64,000 nt of DNA from a virus (IMGVR_UViG_3300050333_000165:39139-103138); one strand, 5' to 3'; counted from the stretch's first letter, positions 28,342 to 38,031 are shown. Notes: a model not told the origin generated them from the letters alone. Program-made: numbers and translations.

Positions 28342-29042
28342 AGAAACTCTGTCCGAACTGCGAAGAGCTATTGAAGCCGACCAGCAATCCCGAGGTTGGG
28401 CGGTGCGCAGGCTGCGGATGGAGCGGTCACTACTGGCGGGCAGCCAAGGAAGCGGCGCTGCCCTCCGTAACGCCGAAAATGCCTTACGTCAGCATCGACA
28501 TTGAAACCACGGGCCTCGATCCCGAGACCTGCCAGATTCTTGAAATCGGAGCGGTCTGGGACGACTGGACGAGGCCAATTGACCAGTTGCCGAAGTATCA
28601 CCGCCTGGTGGTCCACAACGAGTATCGCGGCAATGCCTACGCCCTGGCGATGAACGCGGCCCTCCTGCGGCGGCTGTCCGGCGCGCGGGAACCGTGGTTC
28701 CTGGACCCCGACCAGGTGGCCTACGACTTTGCCACCTGGTTGAAAGCCTGCGGTTGGAATGGGCAAACGGGCTTGACCCCGGCCGGCAAGAACTTCGCCA
28801 GTTTTGACCGACAATTCCTGAAACGGCTTCCAAGATTCGAGCAGGTGGTGAAGCTGCACCACCGCACGCTTGATCCGGCTGTCCTCTGGTTGCGGCCGGA
28901 AGATGAGAAACTGCCCGACAGCAAGACCTGTTACGAGCGGGCCGGGCTAGACGGCAAAGTGGCCCACACCGCCGTCGAAGATGCCCTGGCGGTCGTGCGG
29001 CTGGTCCGACTGGGCGTCAAGCGCCTTGAAGGAATGAAGTAA
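28338..29042 (+). CDS. DEDDh 3'-5' exonuclease with N-terminal Zn ribbon
   Basis: IDIETTGLDP, ILEIG, NFASFD, HTAVED. Confidence 0.85.
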   Translation: MKKLCPNCEELLKPTSNPEVGRCAGCGWSGHYWRAAKEAALPSVTPKMPYVSIDIETTGLDPETCQILEIGAVWDDWTRPIDQLPKYHRLVVHNEYRGNAYALAMNAALLRRLSGAREPWFLDPDQVAYDFATWLKACGWNGQTGLTPAGKNFASFDRQFLKRLPRFEQVVKLHHRTLDPAVLWLRPEDEKLPDSKTCYERAGLDGKVAHTAVEDALAVVRLVRLGVKRLEGMK

Positions 29043-29212
29043 TGCCCAGCACCGATATTGACGGCAGTGTGGTTGTGGTTCTCACGACCGCCGAGGCCCG
29101 CTGCGTGTACGAGTACCTGCGCGCAACTGCCGGCGGACCCGGCCTCGATACCGTGGAGCATAACCTTGCCCGCAAGATTGCCCGCGACTTGGACTTACCG
29201 CCGTTGGAGTGA
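29042..29212 (+). CDS. Hypothetical protein (56 aa)
   Basis: TAATG coupling; open to TGA 29210-29212; not in the ORF track. Confidence 0.45.
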   Translation: MPSTDIDGSVVVVLTTAEARCVYEYLRATAGGPGLDTVEHNLARKIARDLDLPPLE

Positions 29213-29253
29213 CAGCCCTCCTGCATGAAGAGAATCGTGGAAGGACACGTGCC

Positions 29254-29715
29254 ATGATACAGCCCGTGTACCAGTCGATACGGCCCGAAATCTTCGTCCG
29301 GCTGGACGATCTGACGCCGGCTGAACGGGAATTCGTGGTCAAGATGCAAAACGGCATCCTGGCCGCCCGCTTCCGTGAAGCAGCACTTGATGTTGAGGTG
29401 GCCGAACATCGCCGTGCTTATACCGAAGCCGCCGCTCGCGAGCAGGCCGTCGAGAGGGAGAACGCGGAACTTCGCCTCCGGGCTGCCAAGGAACTGGCTG
29501 CCCGCGAAGCCGAAGCGACCCGGAAGCAACAGGCCGACAACCTCGAATACTCCCGGCCCAGCAGGACGCGCTACGTCACCGTGTCCTACGACGAAGAGCG
29601 GGGAAAGTTCGTGGCCACCTACTCGGAGATCCACGCCACGGGCGACTCGCCCGAGGAGGCATTCAGAAACTTCGATCAACTGTGGCTCGAAGGCCACTAC
29701 CGCGACACGTTGTAA
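29254..29715 (+). CDS. Coiled-coil protein with C-terminal HicB-like domain
   Basis: C-terminus VSYDEERGKFVATY...ATGDSPEEAFRNF resembles the HicB N-terminal fold. Confidence 0.5.
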   Translation: MIQPVYQSIRPEIFVRLDDLTPAEREFVVKMQNGILAARFREAALDVEVAEHRRAYTEAAAREQAVERENAELRLRAAKELAAREAEATRKQQADNLEYSRPSRTRYVTVSYDEERGKFVATYSEIHATGDSPEEAFRNFDQLWLEGHYRDTL

Positions 29716-29726
29716 GGAACTGTTCC

Positions 29727-29978
29727 ATGAAGCGTTTGGTCGCCTACGTCACGGGCGCTCTGGCTCTGGCGATTGTCTCCGCGGCGGCTGGGTCCGCCAT
29801 TACCTACGCTGCGCTACATCGCTCGGAAACGTTGACCAACCTTGGCACTTCGACGCTTTCGGGCGTCGGGATGGCCGTGGGCGGTTGCTTGGGCAGTGCT
29901 CTCGTTCTCCGTTTCAAGGCGGCCCGTCGCTTCGTGAAGGGAATCGTCCACGAGATCACCGAGAAACGCACGTCGTGA
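29727..29978 (+). CDS. Small membrane protein
   Basis: AAGGA RBS; two hydrophobic segments. Confidence 0.55.
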   Translation: MKRLVAYVTGALALAIVSAAAGSAITYAALHRSETLTNLGTSTLSGVGMAVGGCLGSALVLRFKAARRFVKGIVHEITEKRTS

Positions 29979-30274
29979 ACCCGACCATCAAAGCCCTATT
30001 CCACCAGTACCTGGCCGTGGCGGGCGACGACAAGATCACAGCCGCTATCCTCACGCTGGCCGACATGCTCACGCCGTCAACCAGGACCGAACTTGTCCCT
30101 TCGCCGGCTGCGGACAGCCGATTGCTCTCGGTCGAAGAGGCCGGCAGGCGTTTGAACCTCAGCAGTCGGCTGGTCTACAAGAAGTGCCTCACCGGCGAAC
30201 TGCGGCCGGTCCAGATCGACTGCCGCATCTACATCCCGGTAGTCGAGATCGAGCGCTACGAAGCCGGCCAATGA
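29975..30274 (+). CDS. Excisionase-like HTH (HTH_17/MerR-like) protein
   Basis: LLSVEEAGRRLNLSSRLVY...GEL...RIYIP..EIERY; next to the recombinase. Confidence 0.75.
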   Translation: MNPTIKALFHQYLAVAGDDKITAAILTLADMLTPSTRTELVPSPAADSRLLSVEEAGRRLNLSSRLVYKKCLTGELRPVQIDCRIYIPVVEIERYEAGQ

Positions 30275-30361
30275 AGGCCGCGGCCACGGGACGATCGGCC
30301 CCGTTCCTTCTTTGCGCCTCTCCGTACTCCGTGACTGGATAACACCCGTGACGAACAACCC

Positions 30362-30562
30362 ATGACAGCCAAGCCGGAAGTTATTCCCGTATTTGTCGTT
30401 GTTCCCGATGCCGCACCCCGCGATGTGCTGCCGGCGCTCGCCCGTCTGCTGATTGACATGGCTCGGCGGCAGAAGTTGGCAAACGAGGGGTCGCTGATTA
30501 TGCTGGAGGAGTCGTCTCCCGTAGCCCCCTCAGTGGTTTCACCATGCCCAACACAAAATTGA
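30362..30562 (+). CDS. Small hypothetical protein overlapping the recombinase start
   Basis: Short ORF immediately upstream of and overlapping the recombinase. Confidence 0.4.
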   Translation: MTAKPEVIPVFVVVPDAAPRDVLPALARLLIDMARRQKLANEGSLIMLEESSPVAPSVVSPCPTQN

Positions 30563-32280
30563 CCCCGGCCGCCGGCTACATTCGCATGTCCGGCCGACAA
30601 CAAGAGAAGTCGCCCGCCGAACAGCGCGCCGAAATCGCCAAACTTGCCACCCGCGAGGGTTGCCAGATCGTCGAATGGTTCACCGACGAGGCCATCACCG
30701 GCGATAGCAGCACCGACACGCGGCCGGGCTTGGCGGCGCTGTTGAGTGCCGCGAAGGTCGGCAAGTTCAAAATGGTGATGGCTTGGCACACCAATCGCCT
30801 TTCCAGAGAGAACCCGATGGACGCCATCGGGTTCTACAACCAGTTGCGCAAGGCTGGCGTGGGGCTGCACACTTGCTGCGAAGGAAGCATTGACCTTGAC
30901 GACTTCGCCAAGCAGTTGCTCTTGTTCGTCAACCAGAAGGCCAACAACGACTTCCTGTTGGAAATGTCTGCCAAGTCGCTGCGGGGACGGATCGCCGCCG
31001 CCCAGCGGGGCTGCCACAACGGCGGTCGAACGATCTTCGCAATGGACCGAGGTCTGTTCGATGCGAATGGCAAACTTGTGCGCCGCCTGCAACCCGGCGA
31101 GCGTGTCCATCAACCCGGACATCACCTTCGCCTGTTGCCCTGCACCGATCAAGGGAAGATCGACGCCGTAAAGTACGCCTTCGAGCGATTCGACACGGCA
31201 GACGTTAGCCGCCGGCAGCTTGCCCGCGAGTTGGAGGCGAAGGGCTTCCCCAGCCCAGACGGTGGCTGGAATCTGTGCAGCGTGACACGGCTGCTCAAGA
31301 ATCCCCGCTATGCCGGCACAAGCCAATTTGGCGCGATGGCTTGGGGCAAATATCACGAAATGCAGGGGGGAGACATCGTTGCCAGCGCCGGCAACCGCAG
31401 ACGACGTGGACCGCGCAAGAAATCCGTGCCCGACGCCATTGCTGTCGAAAACGCCCATCAGGGCATTATTCCAGTAGCGCTGTTCAATCGCGTGCAAGCC
31501 AAGCTACCGAAGGCAAAGGGATACCAGCCCAAGCGTAAGGCCGATTACCCATTGGCCGGGCTGATCTACTGCGGGCACTGCGGTCAGCCTATGTATGGAT
31601 GTGGGGGGAGCATGAAGGTCAAGGGGCACGAATACCATTACCACAAATACACCTGCTCCACGTACTGCAATCACAACGGCCCCAGTAGCGGGTGCGCACG
31701 GAACCCCGTGGACGCCCGGCTGATTCTGCGTTGGCTGACTGAAAAGCTCCAGGAAATCTATCTGGGACCGGGGCGCGCCGCCCTGGTCCAAGAGATCAGG
31801 AAGCAACTCAAGGCGGAACCGAAGGCCAACAGGCGGGACGTGGCCCGCTTGGAAAAACGGGCGGCCGAACTGGACAAGGAGGTCAGCCGGCTGGTCAAGG
31901 CGATTCGCACCTTGGACGCGGCCGAGTTGGTTGAAGAGCTATCGCTTGTTCGGGCCGAGCGGGAGCGGGTCAAGGCAGAATTGGCCGAAGCGGGCAAGCG
32001 GACTGACGCGGCCGACCTGGATGCCGAAGCCGAGCGGATCGCCGACCACCTGTGGGCCATCGGCGAACGGCTCGGCAGCTCAGACCCCGCCATCCTGCGT
32101 GACGTGCTCCAGCAATTCGTCTACCGCATCACCTGCCGCTGGGAGACGCTCAAGCGCCGGAAGCGAAGCTATAACCGTCTGATCGGCGGGAAGGTGGAAC
32201 TCTGGCCGCAAACGCCCTTTTCTAGGCCCTCTTCTGTTATTGGGGTAGTGGCGCAATCTCCTGCTGGCACACGTCCTTAA
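30544..32280 (+). CDS. Large serine recombinase (integrase type)
   Basis: YIRMS..Q catalytic Ser; RPGL; NRLSR; recombinase domain NPRYAG; Zn ribbon LIYCGHCG...YTC...C; coiled coil. Confidence 0.92.
   Translation: MPNTKLTPAAGYIRMSGRQQEKSPAEQRAEIAKLATREGCQIVEWFTDEAITGDSSTDTRPGLAALLSAAKVGKFKMVMAWHTNRLSRENPMDAIGFYNQLRKAGVGLHTCCEGSIDLDDFAKQLLLFVNQKANNDFLLEMSAKSLRGRIAAAQRGCHNGGRTIFAMDRGLFDANGKLVRRLQPGERVHQPGHHLRLLPCTDQGKIDAVKYAFERFDTADVSRRQLARELEAKGFPSPDGGWNLCSVTRLLKNPRYAGTSQFGAMAWGKYHEMQGGDIVASAGNRRRRGPRKKSVPDAIAVENAHQGIIPVALFNRVQAKLPKAKGYQPKRKADYPLAGLIYCGHCGQPMYGCGGSMKVKGHEYHYHKYTCSTYCNHNGPSSGCARNPVDARLILRWLTEKLQEIYLGPGRAALVQEIRKQLKAEPKANRRDVARLEKRAAELDKEVSRLVKAIRTLDAAELVEELSLVRAERERVKAELAEAGKRTDAADLDAEAERIADHLWAIGERLGSSDPAILRDVLQQFVYRITCRWETLKRRKRSYNRLIGGKVELWPQTPFSRPSSVIGVVAQSPAGTRP
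32236..32262. other. Putative recombination crossover (att-like) junction inside the portal gene
   Basis: Portal-like ORF ends abruptly (EIA-PLPQ*) here, while the recombinase reads through into portal antisense to TAA 32278-32280. Confidence 0.55.
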
Positions 32281-33046
32281 TCAGGCTGCTGCCGATGTCC
32301 AGCATTACGAACGGGATGCGCGTCAGCTCCAACTCGATGGCCCCACCCGGCTCGCCGTACTGATCCGTCGCCTCGCCGGCCAGGTTGTGGAATTGCAGGT
32401 TGACCCTGCCTGTGGCCGGGTTGATCCACAGATACCGGTAGCGCTGCACCTGGACCGTGGGGAGGAAGTACGACTGGTCGTACTGCATCACCGTGTCCCG
32501 CAGCAGGATCGCATCGAATTCGGACGGGGCTTCAGGCTTCGAGCAGGTCCACGAAAGGATGTCCTCGATGTCGTACTTGTAGAGGTAGGGGGTGACGTTG
32601 CCGGTGTCGGCCAGGGTCGCCGCCTTCGGGACTGGCGGGGCATCGACAAAGATGCCCACCCGCCCCATGACGAGCAGTTCGGTCAAGACCTTCACCCCGA
32701 TAAAGGCGTTCATGGTCGAGCCGCGCCGGTCCACGCCCAGGTTCATCCCGTTGACCGCGTACTGGTAGGCTTTGCTGCCGCCCTTGCGCGTGATGTCCCT
32801 CATCCGCTGGTAGATCGCGTTACGGATGTCATTGATCGCCGCGCCAGCAAACTTCGGGATCGGCGTCATGGCCTTGCGGGCATGGAACTCCAAGTGGTCT
32901 TCCCTGGCCGAGAACTTCTCCAGGTAGACCTCGCGGAACTCGTCGCCGCCGTCGTAGGTCAAACGCCACTTGCGCCAGTCCGTCATGCCGGAGAGGTAGC
33001 CGGGGTGCCGGCTGTCCACCAGGCTGACCGTTTGACTGTCGGGCAT
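32237..33046 (-). pseudogene. Phage portal-like protein, N-terminal part only (269 codons)
   Basis: Immediately downstream of TerL; HPGY...W...GG, VD.RG, GRVGIFVD.P, IPFV motifs typical of DUF4055-type portals; far shorter than a portal. Confidence 0.7.
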
Positions 33047-33059
33047 GACCAACCTCTCG

Positions 33060-34731
33060 CTAAGTGACTTTTCCGATGTCCTCGCCGCCGCCCGTGACCG
33101 GGGCCAGCGTCAAACCGATGTCCGCGTACACGAGGCTGTGGGCAAAGTGGTCCGGCCCGGTATTCACGTAGGTCGCCACCATGTTGCCAGTGTCGTCCTT
33201 CTCGTAGGTCCGAATCAGATTCTTCAGGTGCTCGCGGTACTCCAAGGTGATGTCGCGCGGCAGCAGAATGCGGGGCGGGTTCGTCTTCAAGCGGCCGAGC
33301 GTGCAACTGAGCCAACTCGTGCGATCCACTGTGGCGAACGGAGCGCCCGTGTCCTCCTCGCTGAGGGCGATTTCCTTGGCCGTCTGGCCCCGCCGATAGC
33401 GCGTCAGCCACACGTAGCCGTGGAACTTCTTGGCGAAGCGGCGGGTCGTTGACGTTCGGGTCGGCGTCCACCACGCACGCCAACACCTGCCACTCCCGCA
33501 TTAGCTCGCCGAGGTAGCCCCAATCCTCCTCCAGGAACTTGCCGAACCAGAGCAGCTTGCCGATGGAGGCGGCGCTAATGTCGCTGCCCGGATGCCGGTC
33601 GAAAAGCCACTCGACGACCGAGATGTATCCCGTCTTGCCCTGGTCCACACCCATCGTTACCAGGCGGTCGCCGCCGATCTGCGGGCGTTTGTCGTTGATC
33701 GAGTGGCCCTTGAGGCAGGCTTCGATCATGCCATCCGTGATCTGGGCACCCTCGCCGATGAACGGCGATCCCAGCTTGCTGTTGTGGAACTCCGTGCTCG
33801 CCGCCTCGTCGCCCAGCCCACGATGATAGGCGATCACAATTTCGCCCGGCGTCACTGTGGACGAGTAGAGCTGGTTGATGTAGAAACCCCGCGACTGCGC
33901 TGCCGACACATTCAGCTCGGTCGCTTCCCACTTCCCACCTGCCAGAAACTCTGGCTTCTCCTCGTGCTCCAGCCTGTGCTTGCACTCCTTGCACTTGAGG
34001 AACGATTCCTTGCAGCGTGGGTCGTTGACGGACTCGCCGATAATCTCCACACAATCCGGCCAGATCAACTCCGTCCATCGGCTGCAATGCAGACAACGGA
34101 AGTAGAAGTGCTCTTGCGTGCTTGTCAGGTACAGCTTGTGGATGCCGTACTTGGGCACGGTCGGCGTGGAGATCGCCAGGATGTGCTTCTCCACCTGACC
34201 CGACAATCGCTCCAACGCAAGCCACACCGCATGGGTGTCCATCTCGTCCAGTTCGTCCAAGACCAGCTCGGACACGGGGATGGACTTCAGGTTGCTGTCG
34301 CCGCGGCTCCCGCGAATGTAGAGGACGTTTGTGCCGGTCGATTTCAGCCCCACGGTGTTCGTATCGACGAACAGGGTTTTCAGGTAAGGGCTGAGCTTCA
34401 GGGCGGTGGCAAAACGGGCCTTGGAAAAATCGCTCGCATTCAGGGTTGTCGGCAAGACGTAGAGCACGTCCCGCTTCAACTGGTCGAGCGTGAAGAAGGC
34501 CCGGTTGATCCCCGTCTCGGTAACGCCCAACTGGGCGGCCTTCATCGCAATCGTCCACGCGGCCTGGCTGTCGTGAATCTCGCGGCACCAGGGATGACGC
34601 ACAAAACCGTAGGGTCCGTTGAAGGGTGCCCCCATCATCCGTCGATGCTCGGCCCACCGGCTGCAAGATCGAAGGTTGTTGCTCCGCAGTCCCTCTTTGA
34701 TGGCCTGTCGCAGTTCGTCGAGGAGACTCAT
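33060..34731 (-). pseudogene. Terminase large subunit (lambda gpA-like), frameshifted near 33444
   Basis: AAQLGVTE, LYVLPT, LDELDE, ISTPT, CLHC, GVDQG. After VVDADPNVND the coding-like frame continues as RRFAKKFHGYVWLTRY...DHFAH in another frame (AAC GAC C CGC CGC TTC). Confidence 0.85.
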
Positions 34732-35001
34732 GGAGCAGCGTCATGGTAGTTCAATGAGGTTGCAGATTTCAGGTTCGCGTGGGCAGCGGCAAGTGCGGCG
34801 CGCTGGTTGCTTCGGCGTTCGGCCTGGTGCAGCCTCATGTTTCGCTGGCGGCCTTGGGGGCGGCGGAGGCCCGCATCCTTCGACGCCCCGGATATTTGGG
34901 TCTGGACTGCGCCTCGGGTCTTGGCATGGGCCTGGCAATCGACCCGGACTGCGGCGGAGGTTCTGATTTCTCGGGACAGTTGCGGCAGCGGCGGCGCGCC
35001 A

Positions 35002-35379
35002 TTACTTGCATTTGGATCGCGTCAAAGAGACGACCACGGAGATGTCCTGTGTCCGCACGGCCTCTCTCCCGCAGACATAGACGAAGAACGCCGGCACGCT
35101 GGAAACGCCATACTGCCGCGCCAATTCAGGCTGCTTGTCGATGTCGATGATCTGCACGTCCACCCCGGAAGCCTTGATCTGCACCAGGGCCGGCTTGGCA
35201 CGCTGGCAAGGCACGCACCAGGACGCCGTGAAGGCCAGCACCTTGACACACGGCGGATTTACGGGTCTCGGTGCCGGTGCCGATCCCTGGGGCGGCTCGC
35301 AGCCGGCGATCACGACCAGCAGGGCAATCAGCGCCAACAGTGGCAGCACCACAGACAGCAGGAAGTTCTTGGATTTCAT
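35002..35379 (-). CDS. Thioredoxin-family lipoprotein
   Basis: Signal with lipobox-like VIAGC; ASWCVPC; IDID; VSSVPAF. Confidence 0.85.
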   Translation of the reverse strand: MKSKNFLLSVVLPLLALIALLVVIAGCEPPQGSAPAPRPVNPPCVKVLAFTASWCVPCQRAKPALVQIKASGVDVQIIDIDKQPELARQYGVSSVPAFFVYVCGREAVRTQDISVVVSLTRSKCK

Positions 35380-35498
35380 TCAGGGTCTCCGGTTCTCGGA
35401 TGGCTCGCGGCACGGGTCCGGGAGCCATCGGAGAGCCGGCCCGGTCGCGTATGACCGCAACCGGGCGCGGAAATCTGCGGATGCCACCGTAGAGAGGC

Positions 35499-35894
35499 TT
35501 ACTGAGCCGGTGCAGGAGCCGGGACCGCCTTTTCGATCTCGGCGATCCGGGCCTTGATGTAGGCCAGGCCCTCGGGGGTGGCGAGCTTCCTGGCCAACAC
35601 GTTCTCGTAGGTCTGCTCCAGTTCCTTGAGGATGGCGTCGCTGCCGGCGTCAACGATCTTGCAGACATCGTGAATCTTCTCCACCATGTCCTGCACGTCG
35701 CCCACGGCGAAGTCTTCGAGCAAGGCGGGCAACAGTCGCAGGCCGTTGTCGCGGAGGATGCCGGCCAACTTCTGCGCGGCCCGCTTCTTCGTCATCAGCT
35801 TCTCGTTGGTGCCGAACAGCCACTTGCCGACTTCACGGCCCACCAGCACGGCAACCGCAGCAGCCAGAATCCAGATCACGACGGTGGGGTTCAT
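35499..35894 (-). CDS. Membrane-anchored hypothetical protein
   Basis: N-terminal TM helix followed by helical soluble part; GGAG RBS. Confidence 0.65.
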   Translation of the reverse strand: MNPTVVIWILAAAVAVLVGREVGKWLFGTNEKLMTKKRAAQKLAGILRDNGLRLLPALLEDFAVGDVQDMVEKIHDVCKIVDAGSDAILKELEQTYENVLARKLATPEGLAYIKARIAEIEKAVPAPAPAQ

Positions 35895-35980
35895 CTTTTC
35901 TTCTCCAGGTGTTCAGGGATGGCCGCCGCACGGCAGCCGGATGGGCACAGGACAGAGGTCACGCAAGTACGACACGCGAG

Positions 35981-36682
35981 TTACTTCACCGAACGCAGCT
36001 TCGCCCCCAACTTGCGGCCGTAGCCCGCCGCCAGGCCGACCAGGAAGCCGCCGTTCACCAGAAGGGCCAGGCCCCAGAGCGGCCAACCCTCGGCTGCCGG
36101 TTGCGGGTCAACCAGGGGCGGCCCGCCGTCGTCAATCGGTTGCGGCTCGGGATCGGGCTGGGGTTCCGGCTGCGGATTCGGCGTCGGGCACGGGCCAGGT
36201 CCGGGGCAACGTCGTTCCATGTCGCGCCGCCACGGCAGGATCGGACGTAGGCCCTGGGCATTGTTGATCGCCCCAGCAATCGCGCCATACAGGCCCTCGG
36301 CCGTCATGGGGAGATTATTCCCGGCCGCCTCGTAGACCACCGTGCCATCGGGCTTTTGCGCCCGGACGGTCGGCAGTCCCTTCACGTTCGCGGCGTAACG
36401 CTCCTGATAGATCGGAGTACCGGCCGCGACCGGGCAGAAATGGACCTTATCCTTCAGGGCCTTGAGGCTGGAGTTTGCCCCGAACCAGCCAAGCACGCGG
36501 AGGTACGCGGTGTCGTTGGCATTGCCAACCACGCTGATGTACCACTTGCCCTGATCGTTGGGCAAATTAACGACGCGCTGTTCGGCCAGCACGCCATTGG
36601 CGGTGGCGGTGTCCGCGAACGACGGGACGACGGCCGCCAAGACGGCAAGCAACAGGCAGGCACTCAAGAGGACTCGATTCAT
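35981..36682 (-). CDS. Exported protein with Pro-rich linker and C-terminal TM anchor
   Basis: Signal MNRVLLSACLLLAVLAAVVPSFA; PNPQPEPQPDPEPQP; C-terminal hydrophobic helix. Confidence 0.7.
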   Translation of the reverse strand: MNRVLLSACLLLAVLAAVVPSFADTATANGVLAEQRVVNLPNDQGKWYISVVGNANDTAYLRVLGWFGANSSLKALKDKVHFCPVAAGTPIYQERYAANVKGLPTVRAQKPDGTVVYEAAGNNLPMTAEGLYGAIAGAINNAQGLRPILPWRRDMERRCPGPGPCPTPNPQPEPQPDPEPQPIDDGGPPLVDPQPAAEGWPLWGLALLVNGGFLVGLAAGYGRKLGAKLRSVK

Positions 36683-36714
36683 TGGTTTCCTCACGGGGTT
36701 AGCGACTCGGTGAC

Positions 36715-37272
36715 TTACTGTGGCAGCGGGGCCGCCGGAGTGTAGATCGGCGCGACTGCCCACCCATAGCTGGCTTTCCACTCCGCGATCAGTGTCTCGC
36801 GCGGAACCCAGGTGAACTTGGAGACGTTGTTGTTATCGAGAATGGCGGCCCACTTTTCGTCCAGGTGGACCAGCGCAACCATGTGGGCACCGCCCATGAC
36901 CGTGATGCCACAGCCACGTCGAGTACGACAACTCCACTCCAGGAACCGCACGTCTCCGTTCTCGACGTGAGCGTAGCGGACGCCCTCGCGGTCGAACTTC
37001 GCGGCCAGATTGCCCGGCCACTCGCCGTTTCCGTAGGTCTTCCGCCAGCGTTCGGCCGTGTTCAACCGGCCCTGCCAGCGGAAGAGACTAATCATCGTGG
37101 CGTGGACGCACGAGCCTTCGCCTTGCGACCCGCGCCAGTTGCTCTGCCTCAGTACGAGCGGAATGTTGACGACCGGCCGTTCCTTCTTGATCGCGCGGTT
37201 TCCAGTGTTCTCGGTGACTTCGCACCCTGCGATCACCACCAGCAAGGCCAGCGCCAAGAGGATTCGCTTCAT
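36715..37272 (-). CDS. Lipoprotein with papain/C39-like cysteine peptidase motifs
   Basis: MKRILLALALLVVIAGC; GSCVHA, AHMVALV, ILDNN. Confidence 0.7.
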   Translation of the reverse strand: MKRILLALALLVVIAGCEVTENTGNRAIKKERPVVNIPLVLRQSNWRGSQGEGSCVHATMISLFRWQGRLNTAERWRKTYGNGEWPGNLAAKFDREGVRYAHVENGDVRFLEWSCRTRRGCGITVMGGAHMVALVHLDEKWAAILDNNNVSKFTWVPRETLIAEWKASYGWAVAPIYTPAAPLPQ

Positions 37273-37877
37273 TTGAGCCTCCGAGGCTTGCAGAGGATGT
37301 TGTGGCCGCGCAAATGACGGCAGAGGCGATTCGGATTCCAACGGCTCACGTTGTCGGTCGGGTGCAGTCCCGTCACCGCATACGCTGCCGCGACCCACTC
37401 TGAGCAGAAGACCGTGTGAAGACTCGCCGGTCGGAACAGCGATTCGATCCACGACAAGCCAACGCCGGCTGAGCGGAATGCCCCCATCAGGTCGTAGGGG
37501 ACATGGATCGTCTCGATCAGGAATTCGGTCAGGCGCTCGTCCTCATTCCGGTAGAGCGGCCGATAGAGCGGATAGTGATACGCCCTGCCGTCGTACACCT
37601 TCAGGATGTCGTCGAGCAGGTGGGCCTGCGTGCCGGTGAAGTTGTCGTGTCTGATCTCGCACGGCAGGTCCTCCAGCGACGTGCTCTCGAAGATCAGCAG
37701 GCGGCCGTCCGGGGCGTTGGCCATGATCCCGACGTGGCTGATTCCCCACAGCGGAATCCCGTAGGTGGTGATGTTGACGCCGGCGCTGATCCAGCTTCGT
37801 CCGCTGAATCCGATGATGTCACCGGCCTTGACTCCGGCCTCGCCGGGCAGCACGATCTTCCGCTGAAACGGGAACAT
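37269..37877 (-). CDS. Permuted papain-like NlpC/P60 (YiiX/YaeF-like) hydrolase
   Basis: GDIIGF, SHVGI, PYD, FCSEWVAAAY (His before Cys). Confidence 0.8.
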   Translation of the reverse strand: MFPFQRKIVLPGEAGVKAGDIIGFSGRSWISAGVNITTYGIPLWGISHVGIMANAPDGRLLIFESTSLEDLPCEIRHDNFTGTQAHLLDDILKVYDGRAYHYPLYRPLYRNEDERLTEFLIETIHVPYDLMGAFRSAGVGLSWIESLFRPASLHTVFCSEWVAAAYAVTGLHPTDNVSRWNPNRLCRHLRGHNILCKPRRLK

Positions 37878-38031
37878 CGCATCTCTCCCGGCTCGAATGG
37901 ACCGTTGTGTTGATGTTGGCGACCCTCCGTTGGTCGTAGCGGGCTTGATCGGACGCCCAGCAGTCTTCGCAACGGCTTTCGTTGAACATTGCTGGACGGG
38001 TGCCGCAGACTTCGCACCAGACGAGTTTCAT
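37819..38031 (-). CDS. Small Zn-finger protein
   Basis: CEVC...CEDC; ATGA coupling to the TerS-like gene. Confidence 0.45.
   Translation of the reverse strand: MKLVWCEVCGTRPAMFNESRCEDCWASDQARYDQRRVANINTTVHSSRERCDVPVSAEDRAARRGRSQGR

Noticed and set aside
32983-33444. C-terminal ~150 aa of the 582-aa TerL ORF in the track
   Set aside because: Out-of-frame read-through after the frameshift; the true C-terminus is in the 33060-33413 frame
34741-34990. Pro-rich 65-aa ORF upstream of TerL
   Set aside because: Low complexity with no convincing RBS; cannot be supported as a gene
32237-36735. Both the truncated portal and the C39-like lipoprotein end in APLPQ*
   Set aside because: Underlying codons differ (GCG CCA CTA CCC CAA vs GCC CCG CTG CCA CAG), so this is not a duplicated att core; treated as coincidence
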